Part shown: in pieces, positions 48,736-61,001 of the stretch
Layout of the letters: each line of letters opens with the position of its first letter
Position numbering within the stretch: position 1 is the first letter of the stretch
DNA from: Felis catus
Lineage: Eukaryota
Direction: 5' to 3'
DNA length: 64,000 bases
Assembly: GCF_018350175.1 (NCBI RefSeq)
Contig: NC_058382.1
Location: 53,384,001 to 53,448,000, forward strand
Translations under genes and position numbers: made by a program
The notes under the pieces: model-generated
Databases searched by the model: none
The model's input: only the letters and a program-made list of their open reading frames with translations
Told to the model about the DNA's origin: nothing

Positions 48736-48760
48736 AGGAAAAGGAAAGAAAAAAGAAGAA
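48570..48760. repeat. (AAGC)n/(GAAA)n purine tract
   Basis: Direct reading. Confidence 0.95.
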
Positions 48761-49319
48761 ATGAAAGTGTGATGGCCATAATGAACAGCATTTTGATCAA
48801 TTCTGGCCAACTCTTGTGCTGTGTGACTCTAATTAAAATCTAACTGGGTTGGTCCAAAGGAAGTACTACTTTCTATAGAACATGGATTTGATCTCCTTAA
48901 ATGAACACTGAAATGATGTCTACATTATGGAAACAGCAATGAGCTATTCCTTGCCTCCTTTAACTGAACAACTTTTGATTCGACCTAACATAGGTACATC
49001 TGGGCAAACAAAATAAATAAAAATGTTTGCCCAGTCCTAAGCAAACTTTGGAATTCTATTGATTTAGAATGGTTCTTGGAAAACAGCTACCTCTTTGAGT
49101 TCTCGGGTAATGTATCGCCAGGAATGAGAACCACAATTCCACCCAAATGAACACCATCAGCTTTGCAAAACTGCCATCCTTCCTCAGCGTCTTCACACAG
49201 GCTGTTCCCTCTTCTTAGAATTCTTTCCCTCTAGGCTTCACCTAGCAGAATCGTACTCATCTACCAGGTCTCAGTGAAACATCTCTTTCCATGAGAAACC
49301 TCCTCCCCTTCCTATGAGC

Positions 49320-49830
49320 AGACCCTAGGGTGGCCCCCAAGATTCTTGCCCCTGTGTTAACACACTATATAACCCATTCTTGAGGTAGGCAAAGTCTTGA
49401 CTTGTCGACGGCCAACTGGATTTTACAGATGTAATTAAGGTCCCAAATCAGTTGACTCTATGTTCATCAAAAGGAGATTATCTTGCCTTACTGGGCCCCC
49501 ACCTCATCAGGTGAGGCCCTTAAGAGAGACTAGGCTTTTCCCGAGACAGACTTTTCTTGTGGGTTTGATGAAATGGGAGGCCACAGACAGGTAGAGAAGT
49601 CTTCATGGTGAAGAACTGTGAGTTGGCTCTAGGCTCTCAGGGTGACCTCCAGCCAATAGCATAAAAAGTCTGGGACCCTGGGTCATATGACACAGGGGAA
49701 TCAATTTGGCCAATGATTTGAATAAGCTTGGAAGTGCATGTGTCCCATTTTAGCCTTCAGATGAGAACATGGCCCAGCCAACTCCTTGACTGCAACCTTA
49801 TAAGACCCCAAGTCAGCTGGACCATGCTAT
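49320..49830 (+). mobile_element. MLT1E-like MaLR LTR
   Basis: ggcccccaagattc...ttttacagatgtaattaaggtcccaaatcagttgac...ggagattatc...aagcttggaagtg...agccttcagatgaga. Confidence 0.8.
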
Positions 49831-49909
49831 GTTCCTATTGCAGGCTTCCCATGGAGCCCAGCCCACATTCTCCTTCTAGCCTTCTTTCTGGCATTTTCCC
49901 CTTGCACTA

Positions 49910-50232
49910 CAGCAGGGGTTGAAAACGACAGCCCGTGGGCCAAATCCAGGCTGACACCTAGCACCTAAACACTTTATGTAGTCCATGAGTTGTTTCTGTA
50001 CATGGCTGGAGCAGCATTTTTAAAGAAAACTATTTTATGGCACTTAAAGATTCTATGAGATTCAGAGTTCAGAGATTATGAATACAGTTTAATTGAAGCA
50101 CAGCCACACCCATTGGTTTATAAGATGCCTATGCCGGTTTTCTCATCACAGCAGCAGAGTCGAGCAGTATGGACCACAGACACAAAATTATTTACTCTGT
50201 GGCCCTTTAAAGTAAGAGGTTGTCAACCGCAG
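49910..50232. mobile_element. MER58B-type hAT-Charlie MITE
   Basis: caggggttgaaaacgacagcccgtgggccaaatcc...cacagccacaccc...tttactctgtggcccttta. Confidence 0.8.
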
Positions 50233-50477
50233 ACCTAGAGCTTGAGAGCTATAGATGGAGATGATAAGGCAGAACGAGCTTTTTCCACCTGCTGGCCTAG
50301 GTGGTCAAGCAGGGGGTTGAGTGCAAGAAGTGTGGCATCTCAGGCTTACCTGCAGGGGGAGCACCTGAGGAAGGGGGAACAGACACCAAGGTGCACCGAG
50401 GCAGCAATGCTGTGGGAGAAACACCACCTTCCAGTAGCATTTGGACAGGTGCATAGGGTCTTAAGGAAGATGTTTTA

Positions 50478-50675
50478 TTGTTTTATTTTTTAAGTTTATT
50501 TATTTTGAGAGGGAGAGAAGGGGCAGAGAGAGAGGGAGAGACGGTGAATCCCAGACAGGCTCTGCTCTGTCAGCACAGAGCCCAATGCAGGGCTCTCCCT
50601 CACAAACCATGAGATCACGATCTGAGCCAAAACCAAGAGTCAGACGCGTGACCCACTGAGCCACCCAGGCACACC
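50478..50675 (-). mobile_element. CanSINE
   Basis: SINE body ending ctgagccacccaggcacacc. Confidence 0.93.
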
Positions 50676-51210
50676 AAGAACGCCATTTTAAGATCCCATA
50701 TGACATTCCCTGAAGCCTCTCAGAAACGATTGGGGGTAATTCCAGAAAGGTCTAAGGGCTTGTATGATATGCCAGTGAAGATGAGTCAGCAAAAGTTTGT
50801 ATCAATATTAACGTCACTCCGTTTGAACCAACTATTCGTTGAGGGGTGGGGAAAATCCCCTTTGAGCTGAACTGCTAAGACATCCTGGCTGCCGGCCACA
50901 GACTCGACTCAGCAGCTCAGAAACATGGCCCATGTCTACGTGCCCAAGATGAATCCGAAAGCAGAGGCAGTTTTCAAAAGTGTGAAGTCCAAAAAATCGT
51001 GTTTTGCCCAAGACAGCCATCTAAATAAATCAGAAACAATGTTTATTACTGTGCATTTTGGGGGTCTTTTAAGTTGTTTTCTCTACATGCATCCCCTGAT
51101 TATTGAAGTAATGTGTAGTCATAGCAGAAAATGCAGGGCTTGAGAGCAAAGTCCAAATGATTATAATCTCACCATTCAGAAGCAATTGATTTAAACTTTG
51201 GGGCTGCTGC

Positions 51211-51448
51211 CTTTTTTTTTTTTTTTTTTAATTTTTTTTTTCAACGTTTTTTAATTTATTTTTGGGACAGAGAGAGACAGAGCATGAACGGGGGAGGGGC
51301 AGAGAGAGAGGGAGACACAGAATCGGAAACAGGCTCCAGGCTCTGAGCCATCAGCCCAGAGCCCGACGCGGGGCTCGAACTCACGGACCGCGAGATCGTG
51401 ACCTGGCTGAAGTCGGACGCTTAACCGACTGCGCCACCCAGGCGCCCC
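51211..51448 (-). mobile_element. Very young felid SINEC_Fc
   Basis: CpG-intact; about 5 body substitutions versus the 16681 copy; no TSD visible. Confidence 0.97.
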
Positions 51449-51449
51449 T

Positions 51450-51669
51450 AAAAAAATTTTTTTTAATGTTTATTTGCTTTTGAGAGAGAGAGAGAGAGAG
51501 AGAGCACGAGCAGAGAAGGGGCAGAGAAAGATGGAGACACAGAATGCAAAGCAGGCCCCAGGCTCTGAACTGTCAGCACAGAGCCCGGCGCAGGAGTCGA
51601 ACTTAGACCACGAATTTGCGACCTGAGCCAAAGTTGGACACTTAACCGACTGAGTCACCGAGGCGCCCC
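51450..51669 (-). mobile_element. Older felid SINEC in tandem
   Basis: SINE body ending gagtcaccgaggcgcccc. Confidence 0.94.
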
Positions 51670-51682
51670 TGTAGGTACATAG

Positions 51683-52490
51683 TTTTTTTACTGAAGTGTC
51701 ATCGACATGTTATATTAATTTCAGATGTACAACCCAGTGATTCAACATTGATATACATTATGAAGCGATCACCGTGGTAAATCTAGCTACCGGCCATCAC
51801 CATACAAAGTTGTTGCAATATTATTAACGGTTTTTCTTACGCCGTACATCACATCCCTATGTCTTATTTATATTATAACTGGAGGTCTATAGCTTTTACG
51901 GTCTGACATTTCACTTAGCATGATACCTTCTAGGTCCATCCATGTTGTTGCAAATGGCAAGATTTTATTCTTTTTTCAGGCTGAGTAGTATTTCATTACA
52001 TATAGATACAGATATCGATATAGGTGATGTAGATAGATATATAGATATAAATATAGATATATAGATATAGATATAGATATAGATATAGATATAGATATAG
52101 ATATAGATATAGATATAGATATAGATATAGATCTCACATCTTCTTTATCCATTCATCTACGCATGGACACCTGGGCTGCTCCCCTATCTTGGCTATTGTA
52201 AATAATGCTGCAATGAACATAGGGGTGCACACATTTTCCCGAGTTAGTGTTTTGTTTCCTTTGGATAAATACCCAGAAGTGGAATTCCTAGATAGTAGAG
52301 TAGCTCTAGTTCTAATTTTTAAAGGAACCGCCACACCGTTTTCCACAGGGGCTGCACCATTTTGCATTCCCACCAACAGGGCACAGGGCTCTCTTTTCTG
52401 CATATCCCTGCCAACCCTTGTTGTTTCTCGTCTTTTTGATACTAGCCAATCTGACAGGTGTGAGGGGACATCGCCTTGTGGTTTTAATTT
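51683..52490 (-). mobile_element. 5'-truncated carnivore-age LINE-1 3' end
   Basis: ORF track TPMFIAALFTIAK..QPRCP..DEWIKKM; 3'UTR with an internal deletion near 51900. Confidence 0.93.
52000..52133. repeat. (GATATA)n hexamer repeat inside L1
   Basis: Direct reading. Confidence 0.95.
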
Positions 52491-55204
52491 CGCGGATACA
52501 ACTTTTGATGTTGCATGTTGTTTTTATTGTTTGCAAGCCTTTTATTTATTTCAACACAGTTCTCTGTGGTTGGGGATTTATTTTGATTTTGTAGCCGAAT
52601 GCAAATAGTATCGACACATGCTCACGTGTTTTGAATTAACATGAAGCATTCATATTCCTCTCCTTTTCCTCTGAACCCTGAACCGAGTTAAAGCAGGGAA
52701 GATTGCAAGTGCCAGGTGACCATGGCTCAGCGGTACGTGCGGGCTCCCCAGAAGCGAGGCCTGTATATTTCTTTGTAGTCTCAGGGCCTAGCAGACAGCC
52801 TGGAATGTAATAGTCTCTCCGTAAAAACAGCTGCCATACAGTGGTTAAAAAATGTTTGTAAATGCTTGCTGGTGGGGAAGGATGGCGAGGTTTGCCGACG
52901 CAGCGTTCAGTCCACCATTTCCTTTCGTCTTCTCGTGAACTTTGTTGGCTCTGAGGACTGGTACTCAGGAAGCAGGTGGTTAAGTCACTTCATTGCTTTT
53001 GTGCTGTTCTGCCAACATCCTGGGGATTTCAGGGATGGCGGTGGTAGTGTGTAATTGTTACGCGACATCAGCAACCATAGAGCTGAAAGGCATCGGTGCA
53101 GACACAGAGCCCGAGCGGCTCATTTTAAAGAGGAGAACACTGAGGCCCAGAAAGGAAATGGCCCCACTGACGTTTATATACCCTGACCTATTAGGCACGC
53201 GGCCAATGAGAGAGGGCCATTGCCTCTGGGGCCACTGGGCTCTCCCTTCGATATGCCGGGAATAAACCCTGCAGAGGCCTCTTGGGCCTTGCTCTGTAAC
53301 AGCTCGTGGAGCTCCAGGCCACAGCGAGCCAGCACCTGCACACCATGCTCCACACCTGTGCGCAGAAGCCGGCCGTACCTGCCCAGCAGTGGCCGGGGCA
53401 CGGGCCTGCTTTCCCGGCCCCTGGTCACAGCAGCCCGTGGAGTCAGCCCCGTCTCCCCTGAGCTGCAGGTCGATCAAAGTCTCTCAAAGCGTGGTCGTGG
53501 GCCACCTGCATCAGGACCCCTGGGACTCCTGGGCCCTCGGCCCGCCCCCAATGCACCAACTATTTTATAAAAGCTCCCTAGCGGATTCTCAGGCAGCGGT
53601 GGGCGAGGCCGGGGGCAACAGATTATTTTTTTTCTGCAAAGGACCATATCGTCTCTGTCCTGATGACTCCGCTGGGCATTGAAGCAAGAAAGCAGCCGTG
53701 GACAGTACACAACTGTCCCACGAGCCCGCTTGCTGGCCTCACAAGAGGTCATCCGAAGGAACGTGCAGTCTCATCCTTGGGGAAGTTGGTTTCTATTCTC
53801 ATGTGACAGAAGGAGACTCTCCATGAGACACCGGCTGGTCTCATTTCACTGAGAGGTCTGGGTCTCATTTCAAGCGCTGCTCCCGTCTCCCTGTGTGGCC
53901 CGGGCAGGTCGTCTCTTCACTAGGAGGGTCCCCACCTTGCACGGTTGACCTCTTCGTTTACCGTCAGCTCTCCCGGCACGCCTCCTTACCTTCTCCTCCA
54001 TCAGATGGCATCTGAGGGTCCCAGCAGGGTGGGCCAGCTGCCCGTGTGGGGCTCAGTGTAGGGAAGGGAGGGTGGGGGGGCCCTGGCGGGGCCAGGGTTC
54101 ACTTCCCAGCAGCTTCTGGGAGCAGCTCTGGGCTTCTGGGCACAGCCTGGAGCTCCCAGGGCCAGGGGTGAGTCACTGAGCAGGGCGGGACTTGCCCTGC
54201 TCACCCCTCCCTGCAGGCGCTGCCCTCCAAGGCTCCTGCTGGAGACCCTGGCAGGGTGGGAGGGAGGGGCCGCCACCACCGCCTGCTGGCCCTGCCCCCA
54301 GTGCCGCCTGCTGGCTCTGATAGGATCGCAGGGTCCTGTGTCACACAGGCCGGGAGAGCTTCAAGAGCAGGGACTGTACTTACTGCTCTGTCTACCCTCA
54401 GACCTCAGGCTTGTCTTTGTACGCCCGGGAGCTTCATCAACGCACGTCCAACAAAGTTCATAAAAGCAGGTTCCGTTTTGGGCTTTCCGCACCAGGGAGT
54501 GACTGTTTGGACGCTACTGCCCCCAACAAGGAGAAAGAGCAGGGCTATGAACTTATTGTAGGGAAACTGAGGCTCCTGGATGCTGAGAAGTCCCGGGTGG
54601 GTTCTGCTCATCTACCCCCACCTTTGCCCTCATTTTCTTTTTCTTCCTCAGTTGCACACGCCTTGTCTCCCAGCGGTGGGCCTCGTCCCTGCTTTGATCT
54701 TGGGCACTCCTTTTCCTTGATTTCTGCCTTTGGATTGTGGTCCTCAAACTGGAGAATGCCTCTGAGGGTCTCGGGCAGCCTGGCGCGTGCTCAGATTTCA
54801 GGGTCGCCTGAGAGAGAGAGAGCGGGGATCCGTAGGGCTCGGGAGGGGGGTTCAGGAGACCACTTCCAGCGAGCTCCTGCAGGCGGTCTGTGGCCACACC
54901 GGGGCACATTGCTCCCCGCTTTACAGCCTGCTCCGCTGGCCCTTTCTGGAAACTTGAGCTGGCACCTCCATACCCATCACTCCCAGCTATTTTCTCATTT
55001 AACAAGAGGTCTCTGAGACTGACTCCAAGCCGGATGTTGATGTCAGCACTGAGATAGGAATGGAGAGCTTAGGGATGCTCCTTCCCTTACGAGGGACACG
55101 TTTCACGGCGGGCCCGAAGGTAGTTTTCCAGGACGTCATTTGAAGACCTCTATGATCAGGCCATTCTGGGAATTCAAACTCGATCACCTAACATGCCGTT
55201 CCTT

Positions 55205-55348
55205 GGGGCGCCTGGGTGGCTCAGTCGGTTAAGTGTCTGACTCTTGATTTTGGCTCAGGTCGTGACCTCACGGTTTGTGTCTTCGAGCCCTGTGTTGGGA
55301 TTCTCTTTCTCTCTCTCAGAATAAATAAGTTAAACTTGAAAAAAAAAA
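55205..55348 (+). mobile_element. CanSINE with internal deletion
   Basis: Head plus tail with the middle missing; TSD aacatgccgttcctt/aaaatgccatttctt. Confidence 0.92.
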
Positions 55349-56634
55349 TGCCATTTCTTGCTCTCTCTTTCTCTCCTCCCATCAGCTGCCTCGCCCCGAC
55401 TGCTTCTGTCAGAGGACCAGAATTCTCAGTCCCGACACCCGGTTTCCGTGTGGCCCCCGCATCACCTGCTCCAGCCACGCCGGCATCCGGCCTTCTTGAT
55501 ATTCCACCCGCCACACTGGTCTCCTTCCTTGTGTCTTGTCATTCCTCGCAAGGTGCTTGGAGCTTCCTGCCAGACACCGGCAGGAGATGCTCACTTCGCC
55601 ACGCTGTGGTCACTTATTTGATGATTTGATGCTGGCCGTCAATATCTCCTTATTTTAATTCATTTGGATCCGTCCTCTAGCGCCCTGTTTCTCAAGCCAT
55701 GCCACGCTCTGTGACCACCCAGAAATCCTGCGAAAATGAGGCCCTGGTTTTGGAAGATGGCCTGACGTATCACAGTTGATGCTCAGGTTCTGCTGCACGG
55801 GTGTCACTTGGAGAAGCAGCGTCCCAGAGCACGTGGCTTCCTCTGTGGAACTCCCCCTCTCTTGGCTCCATTGATCGTCACCCATTAGCCTAAACCCCTC
55901 CATTTAGACTGGCATTCAGGGCCTAAACCTGGCTCGCGGGTCCCCTTCCTGCCCCGTTCCCCATCTTGGTTCGTGAATCTTTCACGCCAACAATGCCACT
56001 ATCTTTCTCTCTACTTGGATGTTCCTTACTTATCCTTCAACGTAAGCCAAGGTTCTATCGCCTCCACTTTTCTGGTGCATAGACCCCTGGCAAGGATTAG
56101 AATTCCCGAGATACACACCCTGAAACACATTTCTCAGATATGTCTCAGTAGCTGCCAATTTAATGGTAGTGCCTCGTCTGCCCAGCTAACTAGGTTTTGA
56201 GTACCTTGTGGCCAGCGCTGCATGTTATCTACGTGACAGTGCTTGGTCCCTTCTCAAAATTAAAAAAATTGTGCTAACAATGGCTTTTACTATCCATCTT
56301 TCGTTGATGGAAGTTACGATTTTTGTTGTTGTTGTTGAGCCCACTAAGCTTTGGGGTACTTAGTCTTTGGGGTACTTCTATTCTTCTTACAAACGTGTTG
56401 GTTCCTCTTCCTGAAACATCCCTTTTCGTGTCCGTTCGCCCTTTGCCTGGTTAACAATCGTTTACTGTATGGGTCTCCTCACAGATGGTCTCCAATCAGT
56501 TTAGTTCTTTCCAGATTGGTTTCTTTTCATCTGATGCCATTTGCAGAGCACTGTATACACCTCTTTTGTACTATAAATCACACTTGGAATTATTTTCATT
56601 TGACTATTTGTTCCCAACTGTTTGTTCCTTTCCC

Positions 56635-57044
56635 TGTGAGATCATGTGTCCTTGCCCGTTATCACATGACCTGCAATTCCTCTGCAGGAGGTGAACATTC
56701 TTCACCCCCTCCATATGAAGCCTGGTCATGGACTTGATTTGGCCAAAGGATGTGAGAGGAAGTGATGTATGTCATAACCCAGCGAGCCGTAGAAACCACT
56801 ACTGTGTAATTGAACCACTATGTTCTTTCCCTCTATAACAAATAAGCATGCCCTGGATAGAAACTGCTCCTTCGGTTTGGGTCTAAATTTGAAGAAGAAA
56901 CAGATTAAAGCCATGGAGCAGAAACTATCCAACCCACAGAGGATCTGTAACATGAGGGATAAATATACCTTTGTTATTTGAGCCATTGGGACATGGGGAT
57001 TGTTTGTTCCTGCAGCATAACCTAGCAAAAGCTGACTGATACAA
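56635..57044 (+). mobile_element. MLT1H/I-like MaLR LTR
   Basis: ttggccaaaggatgtgagaggaagtgatg...ctttgttatttgagccattgg...gcagcataacctagc...ctgactgataca. Confidence 0.8.
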
Positions 57045-57333
57045 GGTCTAGCTACCCTGACAGATTACTAGCTATGGAAGGTCAGTGACAGGCTTACCTT
57101 ATGTACCAGTGACTGCTCTTGACCTACAAGTGTGCTTGCAACTACAGGCCCTTTAGTAGATACTTGTCTGATTGAAACACTCCTCTGATGAGCTTGTCTG
57201 TACTGTCATCTATATATTAAATGAAACCTTTATGGAATCTCTCCAAGAGACACTGTACTAGATGCTATCTTGTAAAAGGCGACACAGAGATGAATCAGAT
57301 GCTGAATCTGCCCTATTAAAAAGATTCATTCCT

Positions 57334-57548
57334 GGGGCGCCTGGGCGGCTAGGTAGGTTACACGTCTGATTCCGGCTCAGGTCATGATCTCATGGCTCAT
57401 TGGTTCAAGCCCCACACTGGGCTCTGTGCTAACAGCTCAGAGCCTGGAGCCTGCTTCGGATTCTGTGTCTCCCTCTCTCTCTGCTCCTCCCCCACTCATG
57501 CTCTGTCTCTGTCTCTCAAAAATGAATACACGTTACAAAATTAAAAAA
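57334..57548 (+). mobile_element. Felid SINEC
   Basis: TSD aaaaagattcattcc at 57318-57332 and 57549-57563. Confidence 0.96.
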
Positions 57549-57654
57549 AAAAAGATTCATTCCCTAAATAAAGTAAAAAAAAAAACAACACGTTTTTAAA
57601 TAAAGAAAACACAACCATGCCTGATATCCACATACTTGTGATACAGCCCATAGA

Positions 57655-57975
57655 CGTTTCTGCAGATTATATTAATGATCCTGATCCCTTAACTTCGTCT
57701 GTATCATGTACTTTGTCAGGTGACTTTTCAGTCCTTCCCACCGAAGGAGTGGAGTGCATTTCACTCTCCTTGACTTTCTCTTGAGCCAGGCGTCTTACTT
57801 TGGCCAATAAAACGATGGTATGCCACTTTCAGGCTTGAAGATGTGTTGTTTTCTCTTTGCTCTCTGGTGTCTCTGCCATTGCCGTGAGAAGACCAAGGGC
57901 AGACCAGCCTGCTGATCCCAGGAGGAGGATGAGAGGCAGGTGCAGCAGAGTCAAGCTGGCACCACAGCTGGTCAC
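57655..57975 (+). mobile_element. MLT1G/H-like LTR fragment
   Basis: gtgacttttcagtccttccc...gagtggag...ttttggccaataaaa...ctctgccattgccgtgagaag. Confidence 0.55.
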
Positions 57976-58068
57976 CAGGAGTGTAAGTGACCCCGTCAAG
58001 ACCACCAAAGCCACTTCCACACCTAAAAGCCCTCCAGGACTTTACTCCAATACCTTCAGTGGCTTCTT

Positions 58069-58569
58069 TGACTTGTTTAAACTCAAGGTGTTTAACACAG
58101 AGTGTAGCTGTGGCTTTAGGAGTAGAGCCCAGCGATTCACCTCTTACACATGACACCCAGTGCTCATCCGAAAGAGTGTCCTCCTCAATGCCTGTCACCC
58201 ATCTAACCCATCCCCTCCCCCCAGCAACCCTCAGTTTCCTCTCTGCATTTAAGGGTCTTTATGGTTTGTCTCCCTCTCTGTTTTTATCTTATTCTTCTTT
58301 CCCTTCCCCTATATTCATCTGTTGAGTTTCTCAAATTGTACAAATGAGTGAAATCCGGACTCATTTTGTTCCATCCATGTTGTTGCAAATGGCAATATTT
58401 CATTCTTTTTCATCACCGAGTACTATTCCATTGCATAAATATATATCTATAGATATATATATCTATCTATATCTATAGATATATATTACTTATATGCATA
58501 TATATAATTCCATTCTATTGCATATCTATATCTATCTATCTTTCTATCTATCTATATACATATATATGT

Positions 58570-58600
<31 letters not shown>

Positions 58601-58966
58601 TTACATCTTCTTTATCCATGCCTCAGTCGATGGACATTTGGGCATTTCCATAAATTTGCCTGCTGTTGACAGCACTGCTATAAATATTGGGGTGCCTGTG
58701 CCCTTTGAATCAGCATTTTTATATCCTTTGGATAAATTCCTAAGAGTGCAGTTGTTGGGTCGTAGGGTAGTTCTATTTTTAATTTTTTGAAGAACCTCCA
58801 TACTGTTTTCCAGAGTGGCTGCACCAGTTTGCCTTCCCACCAACAGTGGGAAAAGGGTTCTCCTTTCTCCACATCCTCACCAATATCTCTTGTTTCCTGA
58901 GTTGTTAATTTTAGCCATTCTGACAGGTGTGAGGTGGTATCTCACTGTGGTTTTGATTAGTATTTC
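58069..58966 (-). mobile_element. 5'-truncated carnivore LINE-1 with TSD
   Basis: ORF track [34 protein letters not shown] ccttcagtgg(c/t)ttctt at 58053-58068 and 58967-58982. Confidence 0.96.
58434..58601. repeat. Complex (TA)/(TCTA)/(GATA) microsatellite inside L1
   Basis: Direct reading. Confidence 0.92.
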
Positions 58967-59079
58967 CCTTCAGTGGTTTCTTCAGTGGTAATCTACCAAG
59001 TCAAAATATAAATCCTTCACATGGCTCAGAGCGACCCTCTTCTCTCCCTTATTCTCTCCACCTTTAAAGTCACCATTCT

Positions 59080-59264
59080 GGGGCTCCTGGGTGGCTCAGT
59101 AGGTTAAGCGTCTGATTCTTGATTTTGGCTCAGATCATGATCTCACAGTTTGTAGGTTTGAGCCCCATGTTGGGCTCTGTGCTGACAGTGTGGAGCCTGC
59201 TTGGGATTCTCTCTCTCTCTGCCCCTCCCCTGCTCTATCTCTCTTTCAAAATAAATAAATAAAA
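59080..59264 (+). mobile_element. CanSINE
   Basis: Perfect 14-bp TSD aaagtcaccattct at 59066-59079 and 59265-59278. Confidence 0.97.
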
Positions 59265-60324
59265 AAAGTCACCATTCTCTCCTTGGATCTCTGAATATAT
59301 GAGCCTTCTCAAGTCTCTGAGTCTTTGCATATGCTGTTCCCATGGCATAAAAAAGATTTTTCTCTTCTCTTTTGTGTGTATAACCTCTCCTTATCTTCCA
59401 GGTCTTCCCTAGAGTCTCTTCCTTAGAGAAGCCTCTCCCAACCTCTCTAAACAAGCTCAGGTATTTTTACCCTATGTTTCTGTGGTGTCCATTCTCAGAG
59501 TCAATGGTAGACAGTAAAACTGTGCAAACCACTGTATCCATACTGGTTCAAATATTGAAATAGTTTCATCACTGTTGATGGCTACCTACTGCCCTTGCTC
59601 CCAAGGCCAAACTCTGGCCGCCCTGGCTCTCCCTGGGATACTGCCCCTCCGCCCCCCCACCTACTCCCCATATCTGCATCATCGAACTGAAGATGTGTCG
59701 CCTTGCCCTGCAAAGAACTTCCAGAACCATGATTTGGGTTTACAGCCAGCTCTGACTGGAATCAGTTAATTGTGACTGATCCATCTAGCCCATGCTCATA
59801 CTTGACTTTATGATTTTTTGGCTAATAATCATATTGTTCCATTTGGGTCTCCAGAAAGCAGGGACAAGTTTTGGAGTATAGAGACCTGGCACTAAAAGGT
59901 CCACAATAGGCATATTAACTGCTAATGGCATATAATTCTCACAACCCCATGAGGTAAGACTTGTCTATTATTCCCATTTCACAACCAAAGCTTCACAAGG
60001 AAAAAAAAATCCATGCTGAAAAGAGGCAGAAAGAGAAAATCCGCAGACTTTACGTCTTGAGGCTACATCTGTCTCCTTGGAACATTACAGGGGCCGCCAG
60101 GTATCATGATGGCTCCTCTTTGGAGATGCTTCTATGAAATGGTTGGAGGAGAGGGTCACTGTGGCTAAGTCCCACCCGATTCACCCTGGAGTAGAAGCAG
60201 AAGTTTCTAATGCAGACGCGGACGGGACTGCCAAGCTGTGACGCTAGGGAACCAGCCCCATTATGCTGAGACGTAGTTGGGGCTCCTGGTCAAACTCAGT
60301 TTGATCTCCATTTGTATGGGAGGC

Positions 60325-60845
60325 AGCCCCTGAGATGGTCGCCAATGATCCCTCCTTCTTGCTATCCATGTTGTTGTGTTACCCACCCTCCGTGAGTGTG
60401 GGCTTGGACCTACTGTTCACATCTAACAGAGAGACTATGGCAAAAGCGAATGGATGTCCCTTCTGAGGTTCAGTTTCAAAGATAACACCGCTCTTGTCAT
60501 GCTCACTCTCTCGTTTTCTGACTCCCTCTGAACCAAGTCAGCTGCCACCTCACGTGCCACCTCACAGAGAGGGCTACGTGCCAATAAATGGAGGCCCTCG
60601 GCACCTCAGCCCGCCAAGGAGTGAATGGCGACAGTAGCTGTGTGAATGAACTTGGGAGATCTCCCTCTGTCAAACCTGCAGATGAAACCGTAGTGCTGGC
60701 CATCACCTTGACCGCAACCTCAGGAGAAACCTCGAGACACACGCACCCAGCTGAGCCACACTGGGTTCCGAACCCACAGAAACCGTGAAGCGATGGATGG
60801 TTTGGTTGTGAATCACTAGATGTGGGGGCAATAGGCATCTGATAG
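60325..60845 (+). mobile_element. MLT1F-like MaLR solo LTR
   Basis: cccctgagatgg..gccaatgatcc...gagtgtgggc...aagtcagctgcca...cacccagctgagccac...acccacagaaaccgtga. Confidence 0.8.
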
Positions 60846-61001
60846 AGTTTGTTAAGGGAGTATTCCAGCCTTTTTTTAGCGGCAGAATAAACTCACCTCC
60901 CCCACACGAACAGTCGGATCTCAATTCTACAGATTACGTTTGGCTTCTATTTTGTAACGTACGAATCTACACGCTAATATTCAAATTCCCCTGACACTCA
61001 A

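Noticed and set aside
48202..48810. 202-aa hydrophobic ORF
   Set aside because: Translation of the (TTTC)n tract plus a SINE.
50350..50409. Additional minus-strand exon with CAG|gtaagc donor
   Set aside because: Pyrimidine-rich body with a competing internal acceptor; isolated strong donors (also ~57095, ~60895, ~62082) occur by chance every few kb.
54411..55016. 201-aa ORF
   Set aside because: TTG start, GC-rich context, overlapping antisense ORF and no recognisable domain; consistent with chance.
58341..58370. Snap-back templated insertion at an L1 internal deletion (caaatgagt...actcattttg)
   Set aside because: The filler also resembles native L1 sequence (ctgacttatttc), so it may be a remnant between two deletions.
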